The notes: generated by a model from the sequence alone, not told the origin. DNA of 64,000 bases from Bacillota bacterium (GCA_023391875.1 JAEWAB010000006.1:21755-85754); one strand, 5' to 3'. Shown: positions 1 through 10,120, numbered from the stretch's first letter. A program made the numbers and translations.

Positions 1-1
1 T

Positions 2-733
2 TTTACCGCAAGTGAACGCTCCAACAGCGGTGTTACTCGTTCAAGAAAGGTATCCAGCCTCAGAGGCTTCTTCAACTATCTTACGGTAAAAGCACACCTT
101 TTGGAACAAAACCCTGTGCGTGAGCTTGAGGTGCCAAGCTTTAAAAAATCTATTCCTAAGTATCTTACCTTAGAAAACAGCATTGAGCTGCTGGCAAGCG
201 CTGAGGACGAAACCGGCGAAAGTCGGCTTCGTGATTACTGCATAATTACGCTGCTGCTCAATTGCGGTATGCGTCTTTCAGAGCTTGTAGGTATCAACCT
301 TACAGACATACGCAATAATCAGCTGAGACTGCTTGGCAAAGGCAATAAGGAGCGCATTATTTATTTAAATGATGCGTGTTTGTCGGCGATCGAGGCATAT
401 AAAACGATTCGGCCGAAGGATACCAAGGAGAAAAACGCACTGTTTGTGTCGCGAAACGGAACACGCATCAGCCGTAGGCGTGTTCAGCAGATTATAGAAA
501 ACCAGCTTACCACCATTGGGCTGGATCATAAAGGATTTTCCGTACATAAACTGCGGCATACCGCCGCTACTCTCATGTATCAATATGGGCATGTTGACAT
601 CCGAATGCTTAAAGAGATTTTAGGCCATGTGAACGTTGGCACAACGGAAATCTATACGCATATCTCGAGCGAACAGCTGGAGGATGCCGCAAAAAGGTCT
701 CCTCTTGCCAAGATAAAGCCCAGAAATAAATAG
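2..733 (+). CDS. XerC/XerD-family tyrosine recombinase, 5'-truncated by window edge
   Basis: Frame is open from position 2 (FTASERSNSGVTRSRKVSSLRGFFNYL...). Catalytic motifs GMRLSEL, GKGNKER, HKLRH, LGH and TEIY are present. Confidence 0.92.
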   Translation, partial: FTASERSNSGVTRSRKVSSLRGFFNYLTVKAHLLEQNPVRELEVPSFKKSIPKYLTLENSIELLASAEDETGESRLRDYCIITLLLNCGMRLSELVGINLTDIRNNQLRLLGKGNKERIIYLNDACLSAIEAYKTIRPKDTKEKNALFVSRNGTRISRRRVQQIIENQLTTIGLDHKGFSVHKLRHTAATLMYQYGHVDIRMLKEILGHVNVGTTEIYTHISSEQLEDAAKRSPLAKIKPRNK

Positions 734-740
734 CTGCTTA

Positions 741-806
741 TACTAAATTCAATACTCATGGGGATTAAAAAAGTGATTTTATCGCTTTTTTAATGAAGAT
801 TTAGTA
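741..806 (+). mobile_element. Miniature inverted-repeat element, family 1, short deletion derivative (66 bp)
   Basis: TACTAAATTC...GAAGATTTAGTA, flanked by TTA on both sides (738-740, 807-809). Shares TTCAATAC, GGGG and the AAAAGTGAT-nnn-ATCGCTTTT hairpin with the other family 1 copies. Confidence 0.8.
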
Positions 807-821
807 TTATAACGAGCTTGC

Positions 822-850
822 TTGACAATCCGATACCAGCGGTATAATAT
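822..850 (+). promoter_or_regulatory. sigma-A promoter of the arsR-like gene
   Basis: TTGACA (822-827), 17 bp, TATAAT (845-850): perfect consensus. Confidence 0.85.
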
Positions 851-899
851 AGATTGTAATCGATACTGATTCCATCTTCCATGTAAAGGATGACATACT

Positions 900-1178
900 A
901 TGCCTTATAAAGTTCTTGGGGCAACGTTAAAAGCTTTGTCGGATCCTAATCGCTTAAAGATTGTAGACATCCTCTCTTACGGCGAAAAATGCGCCAACGA
1001 TATTTTAAAAGACCTAGACATTACCCAGCCAACCCTTTCACATCATATGAAAGTACTGCAAGACCTAAACCTTGTGGTGTGCCGTAAGGCAGGATTGTGG
1101 CGTTATTATTCCCTGAACCATGACGAATGGGTACGGGTACATGAAGTACTTAGTTACATCTATAACGAGAAGATATAA
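900..1178 (+). CDS. ArsR/SmtB family transcriptional regulator
   Basis: KALSDPNRLKIV, EKCA, and HTH TQPTLSHHMKVL; RBS AAGGA upstream. Confidence 0.9.
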   Translation: MPYKVLGATLKALSDPNRLKIVDILSYGEKCANDILKDLDITQPTLSHHMKVLQDLNLVVCRKAGLWRYYSLNHDEWVRVHEVLSYIYNEKI

Positions 1179-1183
1179 GTAAA

Positions 1184-1214
1184 AACGGGTAAAGCCAAAA
1201 GTGCTTTACCCGTT
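1184..1214. terminator. Bidirectional intrinsic terminator between the arsR-like gene and recN
   Basis: AACGGGTAAAGC-7nt-GCTTTACCCGTT stem with A- and T-rich flanks, between convergent genes. Confidence 0.75.
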
Positions 1215-1229
1215 ATGTTTTTATGGTAA

Positions 1230-2900
1230 TCAGTTTCCCGCCAGCTTGAGCATTTCATCGGCGTTGGAAAGCATAAGCTCCGTAATGGCCTCCCCGCCCA
1301 TGATGCGCGCAAGCTCGCGCATGCGCTGTTCACGGGTAAGGGTATGTACCTCGGTGAAGGTTTTGCCGTCGCGCACCTTCTTTTCAATAAGCAGGTGATT
1401 GTTGCCGAGCGCCGCAATCTGCGCAAGGTGCGTAACACAGATAACCTGCCTGCCGCCCGCGATCTCGCGCAGCTTAAGGCCGATCTTTTGGGCGGCCCTT
1501 CCGCTAACGCCGGTATCTATCTCATCGAATATCATCGTATCCACGTCGTCTTTACCCGCCAGTACGGTTTTAATGGCGAGCATAATACGCGAAAGCTCAC
1601 CGCCCGAGGCAATCTTTGAAAGGGGCTTCGGCGGCTCGCCGGGGTTGGTGGAGATGCGAAACTCAATGTTATCAATACCGCTTGCGCGCAGCTCGCCAGG
1701 GGTGTTTGCAATCACCAGCTGTACATTAGGCATATCCAAAAACTCAAGCTCCAGCTTTACACGCCTTGTAAACTCCGCTGCCGCCTCGTTGCGTTTTTGC
1801 GAAAGCTCTTTCGCGGCGCTGAGGGCCTTCTCATAAAGCTCCCCGCGCTGCACGGTCAGCTTGTTTAGGAGTTCGTCGGAAAGCTCGATCTCCTCCAGCT
1901 GCTGCTTGGCCGAAGCCAGGTACTGCAGTATCTCATCCACATCGCTGCCGTACTTCTTTTTAAGCTTATAAATGGCGTCGAGCCGATATTCTATCTTATC
2001 CAGCGAACGCGGGTCAAATTCAAAGTCATCCAGTATACCGCGCACATCGCTCGCAAGCTCCTCAAGTTCGATCGAAATCGAGTTGATGCGTTCCGACATC
2101 TCGGAGACATCCTCAAAATAAGGCGCGATCTCGCTCAACGCCTGCGCGGCATCGGAAACAAGGCTGCAGCCGCCCGCTGCCTCATCCCCGCCGGAAAGGC
2201 TATCATAAGCGGCATTCAGCCCGTCTAAGATCTTTGAGGCGTTCTTAATGCGCTTACGTTTTGCAAGCAGGTCGTCCTCTTCCCCCGGCTTTAAGTCCGC
2301 CTCTTCAATCTCGTTAATCTGGTACTGCAACAAATCTACCCGTCGCGCCTTTTCCGCTTCATCGGTAGAAATCTTGCTAAGGCGGGTCTCCACCTCTTTA
2401 AGCTGGGTATACCGCTCTGTGTAGCGGATATAGTCCGGCGCAAGAACGCCGAAACTATCCACAAACTTCATGTGTTTATCTGTATCGAGCAATGACTGGT
2501 TATCGTGCTGGCCGTGGATATTGATAAGATAAGCCCCAAGCTCGCGGAGCATCGCCACCGTGGCCGGCCTGCCGCAGATACGGCAGTTTGCCCTGCCATC
2601 GGCTGTAAGCTCGCGCGAGATTAGCACCGTGCCGCCCTCGTCCGGCTCGTAACCCAGCTCCTGCAGCTTTTGTACCGCCTCGGCGGATACATCCGAAAAC
2701 AGCGCCGTCACATTGGCTTTGGCCGCACCCGTGCGGATTAAATCCTTCGAAGTGCGTTCCCCCAGCACCGCGTTAATGGAGTCGATTAAAATAGACTTAC
2801 CGGCGCCGGTTTCACCCGTGAAGATATTAAAGCCTCTCCCCAGTACAATGGAGGCTTGCTCGATGATTGCGATATTGTCGATATATAATTCTGAAAGCAC
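1230..2900 (-). CDS. recN: DNA repair protein RecN
   Basis: Walker A TGETGAGKS, SGGE signature, FDEID Walker B, VTHLAQIA; GTG start at 2900 inferred. Confidence 0.96.
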   Translation of the reverse strand: MLSELYIDNIAIIEQASIVLGRGFNIFTGETGAGKSILIDSINAVLGERTSKDLIRTGAAKANVTALFSDVSAEAVQKLQELGYEPDEGGTVLISRELTADGRANCRICGRPATVAMLRELGAYLINIHGQHDNQSLLDTDKHMKFVDSFGVLAPDYIRYTERYTQLKEVETRLSKISTDEAEKARRVDLLQYQINEIEEADLKPGEEDDLLAKRKRIKNASKILDGLNAAYDSLSGGDEAAGGCSLVSDAAQALSEIAPYFEDVSEMSERINSISIELEELASDVRGILDDFEFDPRSLDKIEYRLDAIYKLKKKYGSDVDEILQYLASAKQQLEEIELSDELLNKLTVQRGELYEKALSAAKELSQKRNEAAAEFTRRVKLELEFLDMPNVQLVIANTPGELRASGIDNIEFRISTNPGEPPKPLSKIASGGELSRIMLAIKTVLAGKDDVDTMIFDEIDTGVSGRAAQKIGLKLREIAGGRQVICVTHLAQIAALGNNHLLIEKKVRDGKTFTEVHTLTREQRMRELARIMGGEAITELMLSNADEMLKLAGN

Positions 2901-2945
2901 CTTCAAAATCACCTGCCATATCGGTTGTGCAATGCCGCGGATAAT

Positions 2946-3404
2946 CTATGCCTGTTCCATCAGCTTTACAAGGTCACGCATCAAAAGCACCGAGGTCTCC
3001 TCGGAACGGGTAAGGATATAGATGGTATCGTCGCCCGCAAGGGTACCGACTACCCCTTTCCAGTTCAGCGAATCAAAGGCCGCGCAGGCCGCGTTGGCCA
3101 TGCCGGTATAACATTTTACGCATACAATGTTGCCGGAATAGTCGATATTAATCACCGACTTCACAAAAAGGGTGTGAAAGTTGTAGCTGGTCTCCACATC
3201 CTTTTCCCGTAGGTTGGAGGAGTACTTGTAATTGCCGTCCTCCCCAAGGGTTTTGACGAGCTTTAGCTCCTTAATATCACGTGATACCGTCGCCTGCGTG
3301 ACATTATAGCCGCTCTCGCGCAGACGGCTGAGCAGGTCCTCCTGCGTATTGATGATATTCTCTGAAATGAGCTCCAGAATCTTTGCGTGCCGCTTTGTTT
3401 TCAT
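2946..3404 (-). CDS. argR: Arginine repressor
   Basis: TQEDL, VTQATVSRDIKEL and GTLAGDDT motifs; canonical position upstream of recN. Confidence 0.95.
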   Translation of the reverse strand: MKTKRHAKILELISENIINTQEDLLSRLRESGYNVTQATVSRDIKELKLVKTLGEDGNYKYSSNLREKDVETSYNFHTLFVKSVINIDYSGNIVCVKCYTGMANAACAAFDSLNWKGVVGTLAGDDTIYILTRSEETSVLLMRDLVKLMEQA

Positions 3405-3495
3405 CTCAATCATCCGTTCCGCCGCTGTGCGAAGCAAGGAGTGGTGATGGTTTATGGCCTTGCCATGCACAGCAGGAACAATGGCAAGGGTATAA

Positions 3496-3527
3496 TACTA
3501 ATTTCAAATTTCTAATTGAAATAAGTA
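3496..3527 (+). mobile_element. Family 2 miniature element reduced to its two ends (32 bp)
   Basis: TACTAATTTCAA joined to ATTTCTAATTGAAATAAGTA. The last 20 nt are identical to the right end of 45871-45970. TAA on both flanks. Confidence 0.75.
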
Positions 3528-3533
3528 TAAGAA

Positions 3534-4418
3534 CTAACCGCGAAGCAGTACCTTCTGATTTAACACCTCAAAAAAGTCTTTTAATTCAAGGTTTAACAGC
3601 TTTACATAAAGCGATGCCTTTTTTACCGTTACAATATCTCCGGGGTTTACCTTAACCGCATCTTCCCCATCAACGGTTAAGTAGATTTCACTCCCATTCC
3701 TCTCTTGCCCGCCGCTGACGGTAATTACATCCGCCGGGGAAAAGATGATGGTTCTCGATACCAGCGAATGCGGGCAGATGGGGGTCATGGTGATACATTC
3801 AAGGTTTGGGGAGATCACCGGCCCACCTGCCGCCATATTGTAGGCGGTGGAGCCGGTTGGAGTCGAAAGGATGATGCCGTCCGCCCGATAGCTGCTTACG
3901 CCTTTACCGTTGCAGGATACATTTAAATCGATAATCTGTGCTTTGGCACCTTTTGAGATAACCGCATCATTCAAAGCATAGTAAGCCTGCCTGCCGCTGT
4001 CGGAATGCTTGGTAATCTCGAGCATCATACGGTTTTCGGTGGCGTAGGAGCCGTCAATAATTCTATTAAACACCGAAAGCCTGCTCGGCTCGATAAACGA
4101 CATAAAGCCCAGCCTGCCGACGTTTACTCCAACCACCGGCTTGGAATAAAAAGCCGCCCGCTTCGCGGCGTGTATGAGGGTACCGTCACCGCCGATGGTT
4201 ACAACAAAATCGCAGGTATTCATTAAATTATCTAAGGTGCCGAACTTGGTGCAAGAATCTGTAAAGGCATCTTGCTTGTCATTTTCCATGCAAGGGATAA
4301 TGCCCAGTCGACACAGTTCTTTACATACCTGCCGCGTGCATTCGGTACTGTTCTGTTTATCAAGGTTGGGGATGATAAACGCTTTGAGTGTATCCATATC
4401 GGGCTTATACCCTTTCAC
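3534..4418 (-). CDS. nadK: NAD(+) kinase
   Basis: GGDGT, GRLGF, NDAVI and TPTGSTAY motifs. Confidence 0.95.
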   Translation of the reverse strand: MKGYKPDMDTLKAFIIPNLDKQNSTECTRQVCKELCRLGIIPCMENDKQDAFTDSCTKFGTLDNLMNTCDFVVTIGGDGTLIHAAKRAAFYSKPVVGVNVGRLGFMSFIEPSRLSVFNRIIDGSYATENRMMLEITKHSDSGRQAYYALNDAVISKGAKAQIIDLNVSCNGKGVSSYRADGIILSTPTGSTAYNMAAGGPVISPNLECITMTPICPHSLVSRTIIFSPADVITVSGGQERNGSEIYLTVDGEDAVKVNPGDIVTVKKASLYVKLLNLELKDFFEVLNQKVLLRG

Positions 4419-5224
4419 TATAGATTCTCGTGAGATTGCCTTACAAGTGCCTCCAGGTCTATTCCGGGCGCTATATCACCCTGATCGGATTTCTTAAGAT
4501 GGTAGAGGTACTCGATATTACCCTCCGGCCCCTTAACGGGCGAATAGTCTGCGCCTAGCAGAGCAAACCCGATTTCAGCGGCAACCGCCGCCACCTTTTG
4601 CAGTACCTCAAGGTGAATCTCCGGCTCACGCACCACGCCTTTTTTGCCGACCTTGCCCTTTCCCGCTTCAAACTGCGGCTTTACAAGGCAGACGACCTCT
4701 CCCTGTTCCCGCAGCAGCGCAAAGGCCACCGGGAGTACAAGCGACAGCGAGATAAATGAAACATCGATGCTCGCAAAGTCAACCTCATCCGGCACCTGTT
4801 CGCGCGTTACAAAGCGGATATTGGTTCGCTCCAGATTCACCACGCGTTCATCGGTGCGCAGCTTCCACGCAAGCTGGCCGTAGCCTACATCCACAGCATA
4901 CACCTTTTTGGCACCATTTTGCAACATACAGTCGGTAAAACCGCCTGTTGAGGCGCCAATATCCATGCAGATACTGCCGCCCAGCGCAAGCTGAAAGCTC
5001 GCTACCGCCTTCTCCAGCTTTAGGCCGCCGCGGCTGACATATTTTAAACCGGAGCCTTTTACGTGAATATCGGCTCCCGCTTTTACCATATCCCCCGGCT
5101 TGTCGGCCTTCTGCCCGTCCACAAACACCACGCCGGACATAATCAACGTCTTGGCGCGCTCCCGGCTCTGGGCAAGCCCCAGTTCCACCAGCGCCGTATC
5201 CAAACGCATTTTACTTTCGCTCAC
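4418..5224 (-). CDS. tlyA: TlyA family rRNA 2'-O-methyltransferase
   Basis: S4 domain, YVSRGGLKL, DIGASTGGFTD, KPQFEAG. Confidence 0.95.
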   Translation of the reverse strand: MSESKMRLDTALVELGLAQSRERAKTLIMSGVVFVDGQKADKPGDMVKAGADIHVKGSGLKYVSRGGLKLEKAVASFQLALGGSICMDIGASTGGFTDCMLQNGAKKVYAVDVGYGQLAWKLRTDERVVNLERTNIRFVTREQVPDEVDFASIDVSFISLSLVLPVAFALLREQGEVVCLVKPQFEAGKGKVGKKGVVREPEIHLEVLQKVAAVAAEIGFALLGADYSPVKGPEGNIEYLYHLKKSDQGDIAPGIDLEALVRQSHENL

Positions 5225-7080
5225 CGCAGGCTCTCCCGTCTTACGTATTCGACTATACTGTCGCTATCCAGCCCCAAGCTTTTAACGGCTGAAGGGATGG
5301 ACGCTTGCGGTACAAAGCGGTTATCCACCGCCTGAACGGCATAGCTGCCCTGATAGCCGCGCTGTGTAAGAAGTGTGTGAAAATGCTCGGCAACCGAGCC
5401 ATTCTGTATGCCCTCTTCCACAAACAGTACATGCTTATACTCTTTTGCTATCGTAATGCTCTCTTCGGGGACAGGGGTTATCTTCGTCAGCTTAAGAATA
5501 TCAAAGGTAAGCGCGCTTTTTTCCCTTGCAAGCAGCACCTCGCCAAACTCCCTGCCGTAGGTAATCACCAATATATCACTTGCGCGTGCATCGCGCAGAT
5601 GGCTGTATTCAAGCTGAGGCGCTACACCGCCGGCAAGCTCACTCTCGGCCCCGCGCGGGTAACGAACCGCCGCAACGCCCTGCGTGTTGTAGAGGGCCTC
5701 GTGCAGGGTAAGCGACAGCTCCGCATAGGAGAAGGGTGAAAAGATGGTTACCCCGGGGATCGACGATAGATAGGAAACATCAAACAGCCCCTGATGGGTT
5801 TCACCGTCGTCCCCTACAATACCCGCGCGGTCAACCGCAAGCACAATATGCGTTTGCTCGATGGCCGCGTCATGCAGCACCTCATCGTAGGCACGCTGCA
5901 GGAAAGTGGAATAAACCGCAAAAACAGGCAGCATGCCGCCTGCCGCAAGGCCTGCGGCAAAGGTGACGCCATGTTCCTCGGCAATGCCGACATCAAAGAA
6001 ACGTTCCTTATACTTTTTATAAAAGAAATTTAGCCCGGTTGCGTACTTCATCGCCGCGGTGATCGCGCAGATGCGTTCGTCCGTATCCGCCAACTCCAGC
6101 AGGTACTGCCCAAACCGGGTGGAGAAGGTATCGCCGTTGGTCGGCGCAACACACTTACCTGTTAAGTCCATATTGGGGATACCGTGGTAGGCGCCGGGGT
6201 TCTCCTCCGCGCTTGCAAAGCCTTTTCCCTTTACAGTATCTACATGAATGATTGTCGGCCCTTTAATGGCCTTCGCCCTTGCGAGTACATTCTTAAGGCT
6301 AGCCAAATCGTGCCCGTCTACCGGACCCAAATAAGTAAAACCAAAGGCTTCAAAGTAGTTGCTGTGGTATAAATACTCCTTAAAAGTAGTTTTACACTTT
6401 ACCAGTATGCGCTCAACCGGTTCGCCTAACAAGGGAAGACGGTCTAAAAACCGATGCGCCCTGTCCTTTGCGTTAAAATAACTGGGGCGCGAACGTATCT
6501 TGGCAAGATGCTTCGCGACCGCCCCCACGTTTTTGGAGATTGACATCTCATTGTCATTTAAGATCACAATCAGGTTTTCGGCGGCCTTACCGACGTTGTT
6601 CATCCCTTCAAACGTAAGGCCGTTGGTAAACGCGCCGTCACCCACCACGGCAATCACCTTGCCCGCCTCCCCGCTTAAGCGCTTCGCGGCGGCGATACCG
6701 CTGGCGGCCGAAATGGCATTGCCCGCGTGGCCTGAAATAAACGCGTCGTGAATGCTTTCTTTAGTTTTCGGAAAGCCCGAGATACCGTCTTCCTGCCTAA
6801 GGGTAGAAAAACGCTCCAGCCTGCCGGTCAAGATCTTATGTGTGTAGGACTGGTGACCAACATCAAATACAATGCGGTCGGTGGGGGAATCGAAAACAAC
6901 ATGTATTGCGACGGTAAGCTCTACTACACCTAAATTAGAGGCCAGGTGCCCGCCCGTGTGGGAGATGGTATCCATCAACAGCTCGCGTATCTCGCCGCAA
7001 AGCTTGTTTAACTCCTCATTGCTCAGCCGCTTCAGCTCGTCGGGAAGCTTCAGGCTTCGCAGCATACTATCATTATCCAT
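5221..7080 (-). CDS. dxs: 1-deoxy-D-xylulose-5-phosphate synthase
   Basis: GGHLASNLGVVELT, DVGHQ, GDGA..LNDN TPP motif, DRAG.VGDDGETHQG. Confidence 0.97.
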   Translation of the reverse strand: MDNDSMLRSLKLPDELKRLSNEELNKLCGEIRELLMDTISHTGGHLASNLGVVELTVAIHVVFDSPTDRIVFDVGHQSYTHKILTGRLERFSTLRQEDGISGFPKTKESIHDAFISGHAGNAISAASGIAAAKRLSGEAGKVIAVVGDGAFTNGLTFEGMNNVGKAAENLIVILNDNEMSISKNVGAVAKHLAKIRSRPSYFNAKDRAHRFLDRLPLLGEPVERILVKCKTTFKEYLYHSNYFEAFGFTYLGPVDGHDLASLKNVLARAKAIKGPTIIHVDTVKGKGFASAEENPGAYHGIPNMDLTGKCVAPTNGDTFSTRFGQYLLELADTDERICAITAAMKYATGLNFFYKKYKERFFDVGIAEEHGVTFAAGLAAGGMLPVFAVYSTFLQRAYDEVLHDAAIEQTHIVLAVDRAGIVGDDGETHQGLFDVSYLSSIPGVTIFSPFSYAELSLTLHEALYNTQGVAAVRYPRGAESELAGGVAPQLEYSHLRDARASDILVITYGREFGEVLLAREKSALTFDILKLTKITPVPEESITIAKEYKHVLFVEEGIQNGSVAEHFHTLLTQRGYQGSYAVQAVDNRFVPQASIPSAVKSLGLDSDSIVEYVRRESLR

Positions 7081-7116
7081 TCTACGGGTATTACTCCTTC
7101 AGCATGAATATACGGT

Positions 7117-7644
7117 TTACCGCATGGGAATGATGAGCGCCATTATAATACCCAGAAGCGCACCGCCCAATACCTCAAGCGGCGTGTGCCCAAGGTATTC
7201 CTTCAGCTTTTTAAACTGCATATCATCAAGCTTGATAACCTTATTCTTGTCGTGCTTATAATGCTTTTTGCCTAAAGAATCTGCTTGCTCTTCGCCTTTT
7301 TCTTCGGGGCGCTTAATACTTACCACGATCTTGTTGATGATCTTTGCCTGCTCCCCCGCCGCACGCCGAACGCCCATGGCATCGTACATCACAACGGCGG
7401 CGAACATGACGGCCAAGGCAAACAAAGGGGAACCCAAGCCTTCCTTCCTTGCGACCGCAAGCATCATGGAACATACAAGCGCCGAATGAGCGCTGGGCAT
7501 ACCGCCCGCACCCACCAGACGCTCAACCTCAAAACGTTTGGTAGTAAAAAGCGTAAGAAATGTTTTAATAATCTGTGCGGTAATCCAGGAGGATATCGCG
7601 CAGGTTAGAATGTAGTTGTTTATCAGTGCGTATATGTCATTCAT
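7117..7644 (-). CDS. Divergent PAP2 family (DUF212) membrane protein
   Basis: GGMPSAHS, YDAMGVRRAAG and GHTPLEV motifs; usual neighbour of ispA/dxs. Confidence 0.9.
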   Translation of the reverse strand: MNDIYALINNYILTCAISSWITAQIIKTFLTLFTTKRFEVERLVGAGGMPSAHSALVCSMMLAVARKEGLGSPLFALAVMFAAVVMYDAMGVRRAAGEQAKIINKIVVSIKRPEEKGEEQADSLGKKHYKHDKNKVIKLDDMQFKKLKEYLGHTPLEVLGGALLGIIMALIIPMR

Positions 7645-7726
7645 AACTGCCCCATTCCGCCGCTCGGCATCGCGGCATGAGAATAGACGAAACAAATCAA
7701 AAATAAATCAGCAAGTGTCAGACGTT

Positions 7727-8620
7727 TTAATGGGTTCGGTTCGTCAGCGCATCGGTAAACTCTATGATGAACGTATCAACACATGGGAAGGCCTTGAGCA
7801 AACCTTTTGCTTCTTCACTCATGCCCTGCGCCATCCGGTGGGCCTGTTCAATACCATAAAGGGTGGCAAAGGTAGTTTTATGATTGCTCTGGTCGCTGCC
7901 GGTCGGTTTGCCCAATTCCTTGGCAGACCCAACAATATCAAGTATATCATCAACTATCTGAAACGACAAGCCGATTTTTTCTCCGTAGCTGTCTGCGACC
8001 CGGACGAGGCTGTCGCTTGCGCCCGCAACAGCGCAGCCCATCTGCACGGCGGCACGAATGAGCGCCCCGGTTTTAAGGGCATGGATCGTATCCAGCATTT
8101 TAGCCGAGAGCGGGCTGCCTTCATTTTGCAGGTCGACGGTCTGCCCGCCGACCATCCCGTTGTATCCGGCAGCCTTTGCAAGAATGCCCGCGGCCTTGAC
8201 CGTCCGCTCATATGGTACCTTTTCGGGGTCACAGCCGGTTAAAATTGTTTCAAACGCAAGGGTTAACAGCCCGTCGCCTGCAAGCAGGGCGTTGGCCTCG
8301 CCGAACGCAATATGGCAGGAGGGCCGCCCCCTGCGAAGATCGTCGTCATCCATGCAGGGCAGGTCGTCGTGTATCAGGGAGTAGCAGTGCAGCATCTCGA
8401 TGGCGCACGCAAAAGGCAGGGCCGCCGAAACATCACCCCCGCACAGTCTGCAAAACTCCAATACCAGTACGCCACGAATGCGCTTTCCGCCCGACAATAG
8501 GCTATAACGCATGGCGTCCACCACCACCTGCTGGGGAACACCCTGCTCTGGGAGGTAGCCGTCCAGTGCGGCGTTGATCATTGCTATATAGTCATCTAAT
8601 CGTTTAGAATAATCGCTCAT
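7727..8620 (-). CDS. ispA: Farnesyl/geranylgeranyl diphosphate synthase
   Basis: GGKRIR, DDLPCMDDDDLRRG (FARM), FQIVDDILD (SARM). Confidence 0.95.
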   Translation of the reverse strand: MSDYSKRLDDYIAMINAALDGYLPEQGVPQQVVVDAMRYSLLSGGKRIRGVLVLEFCRLCGGDVSAALPFACAIEMLHCYSLIHDDLPCMDDDDLRRGRPSCHIAFGEANALLAGDGLLTLAFETILTGCDPEKVPYERTVKAAGILAKAAGYNGMVGGQTVDLQNEGSPLSAKMLDTIHALKTGALIRAAVQMGCAVAGASDSLVRVADSYGEKIGLSFQIVDDILDIVGSAKELGKPTGSDQSNHKTTFATLYGIEQAHRMAQGMSEEAKGLLKAFPCVDTFIIEFTDALTNRTH

Positions 8621-8669
8621 GAATAAATCTGCCTTTCAGTACAGTGGCTGCTATGAAAGCATACGAATA

Positions 8670-8876
8670 CTATTGATCCTCAGCGGGCGACAGCTCGGTG
8701 ATTTTAAGCTCGGCTGTTTTTAGCTTGTTTTGGCAGTCGGCTAACAGTATTGTTCCCTGTTCATAGAGCTTTAATGAGGTTTCGAGGTCGGTTTCGCCGC
8801 TTTCAAGGTTCACGATGATCCCCTCAAGCGCTGCAAAAGCCTCCTCAATGCTCAGTTCTTTTTCCTTCTTACTCAT
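8670..8876 (-). CDS. xseB: Exodeoxyribonuclease VII small subunit
   Basis: EEAFAALEGII..LESGE.DLE.SL.LYEQG pattern; lies between xseA and ispA. Confidence 0.92.
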   Translation of the reverse strand: MSKKEKELSIEEAFAALEGIIVNLESGETDLETSLKLYEQGTILLADCQNKLKTAELKITELSPAEDQ

Positions 8877-8903
8877 GCTTAAAACCCCTTTGTCGGTAAA
8901 AAT

Positions 8904-10097
8904 CTATATCACTTCGGCGTCAAACGAGCCGTCCTGTAATCGCACCGTTATCTTCTCCCCTGCTTGCACGGCCGCAGCACTCTTGATTACGCTTTTATCC
9001 TTGTACGCCACCGCATAGCCGCGCTGCAGCACCTTCAGCGGACTAAGCGCGTCCAGTAGGCCTATATAAGCAGAAGTACGATTATTATAAGCCGTCATTC
9101 TCTTTTGCATGGCGGCGTTCAAGCGTTCCATGCGCTGCCGTAAGGCTTTTTGATGCTGCTCAAGCCTTACCGCGGGGCTTGCAGCCGTAAGAGCAGCCGA
9201 AAGGACGTTTAAGCGTTCCACTGATCGGTTCAGCTGCTTCATACAGGACACCTGTAGCTGCCTTTGGCAGGCAGACAGCCTGTTTTGCAACTCTGCAAGC
9301 TCCGGTACAGCCAGTTCTGCGGCAGCCGACGGGGTGGGGGCCCGTAAGTCTGCCACAAAATCGACGATGGTATAATCGGTTTCGTGCCCGATGGCGGAGA
9401 TGACAGGAGTCGCGCTTTCATAAATGGCTCTTGCAATCCCCTCATCATTGAAGCAAAAAAGGTCTTCGTAGCTGCCGCCGCCGCGCGCAAGGATGATGAT
9501 ATCAATATCCGCAAGCCCGTTTACCCTGCGCAGTGCGCTTATAATGCTGCGCGGGGCGTCAACGCCCTGCACCGTCACCGGGCAGAGTAGCACCTCGGCA
9601 ATGGGGTAACGACGGGAAAGAATGCTCAAGATATCCTGTACCGCGGCCCCGGTTTTAGAGGTAATTACCGCGATACGCCGGGGCATAAGCGGCAGTGCTT
9701 TTTTATGCTCATCCACAAATAGCCCTTCGGCACCCAAGCGCGACTTTAATTGCTCAAAGGCGAGCGCCAGGCTCCCGATACCCTCGGGCAGTATATCGGT
9801 ACAGTAAACCTGATACTGCCCTTCCCTTTCGTATACCGAAATCTCGCCGCCCACCACTACAGACATACCGTTTTCGGGCATAAACGGTACGGCGGACGCA
9901 TGTGTTTTAAACATAACGGCACGGATGGAGGACTGGCTGTCTTTGAGTGTAAAGTAAAAATGCCCGGAGGGATAGTGGTTTTTAAAGTTGGAGATCTCCC
10001 CGCGCACCATCACGCGGCTGAGGTTCCGGTCGCCCTCCAGTATGGATTTTATATAGGTATTCACCTGTGTAACCGTCAAAACCCGTGAAGAACTCAT
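8904..10097 (-). CDS. xseA: Exodeoxyribonuclease VII large subunit
   Basis: GEISNFK, GHFYFTLKD, RGGGS.EDL, GHETD, APTPSAAAE. Confidence 0.96.
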   Translation of the reverse strand: MSSSRVLTVTQVNTYIKSILEGDRNLSRVMVRGEISNFKNHYPSGHFYFTLKDSQSSIRAVMFKTHASAVPFMPENGMSVVVGGEISVYEREGQYQVYCTDILPEGIGSLALAFEQLKSRLGAEGLFVDEHKKALPLMPRRIAVITSKTGAAVQDILSILSRRYPIAEVLLCPVTVQGVDAPRSIISALRRVNGLADIDIIILARGGGSYEDLFCFNDEGIARAIYESATPVISAIGHETDYTIVDFVADLRAPTPSAAAELAVPELAELQNRLSACQRQLQVSCMKQLNRSVERLNVLSAALTAASPAVRLEQHQKALRQRMERLNAAMQKRMTAYNNRTSAYIGLLDALSPLKVLQRGYAVAYKDKSVIKSAAAVQAGEKITVRLQDGSFDAEVI

Positions 10098-10120
10098 GCT
10101 TGCCTCCGTTGAGCCGTATT

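Noticed and set aside
2..806. Xer recombinase plus adjacent repeat as an integron or integrative element (attC-like sites)
   Set aside because: The protein looks like a housekeeping Xer without an evident IntI-specific insertion. The repeats are scattered among core genes in both orientations and do not flank cassette ORFs.
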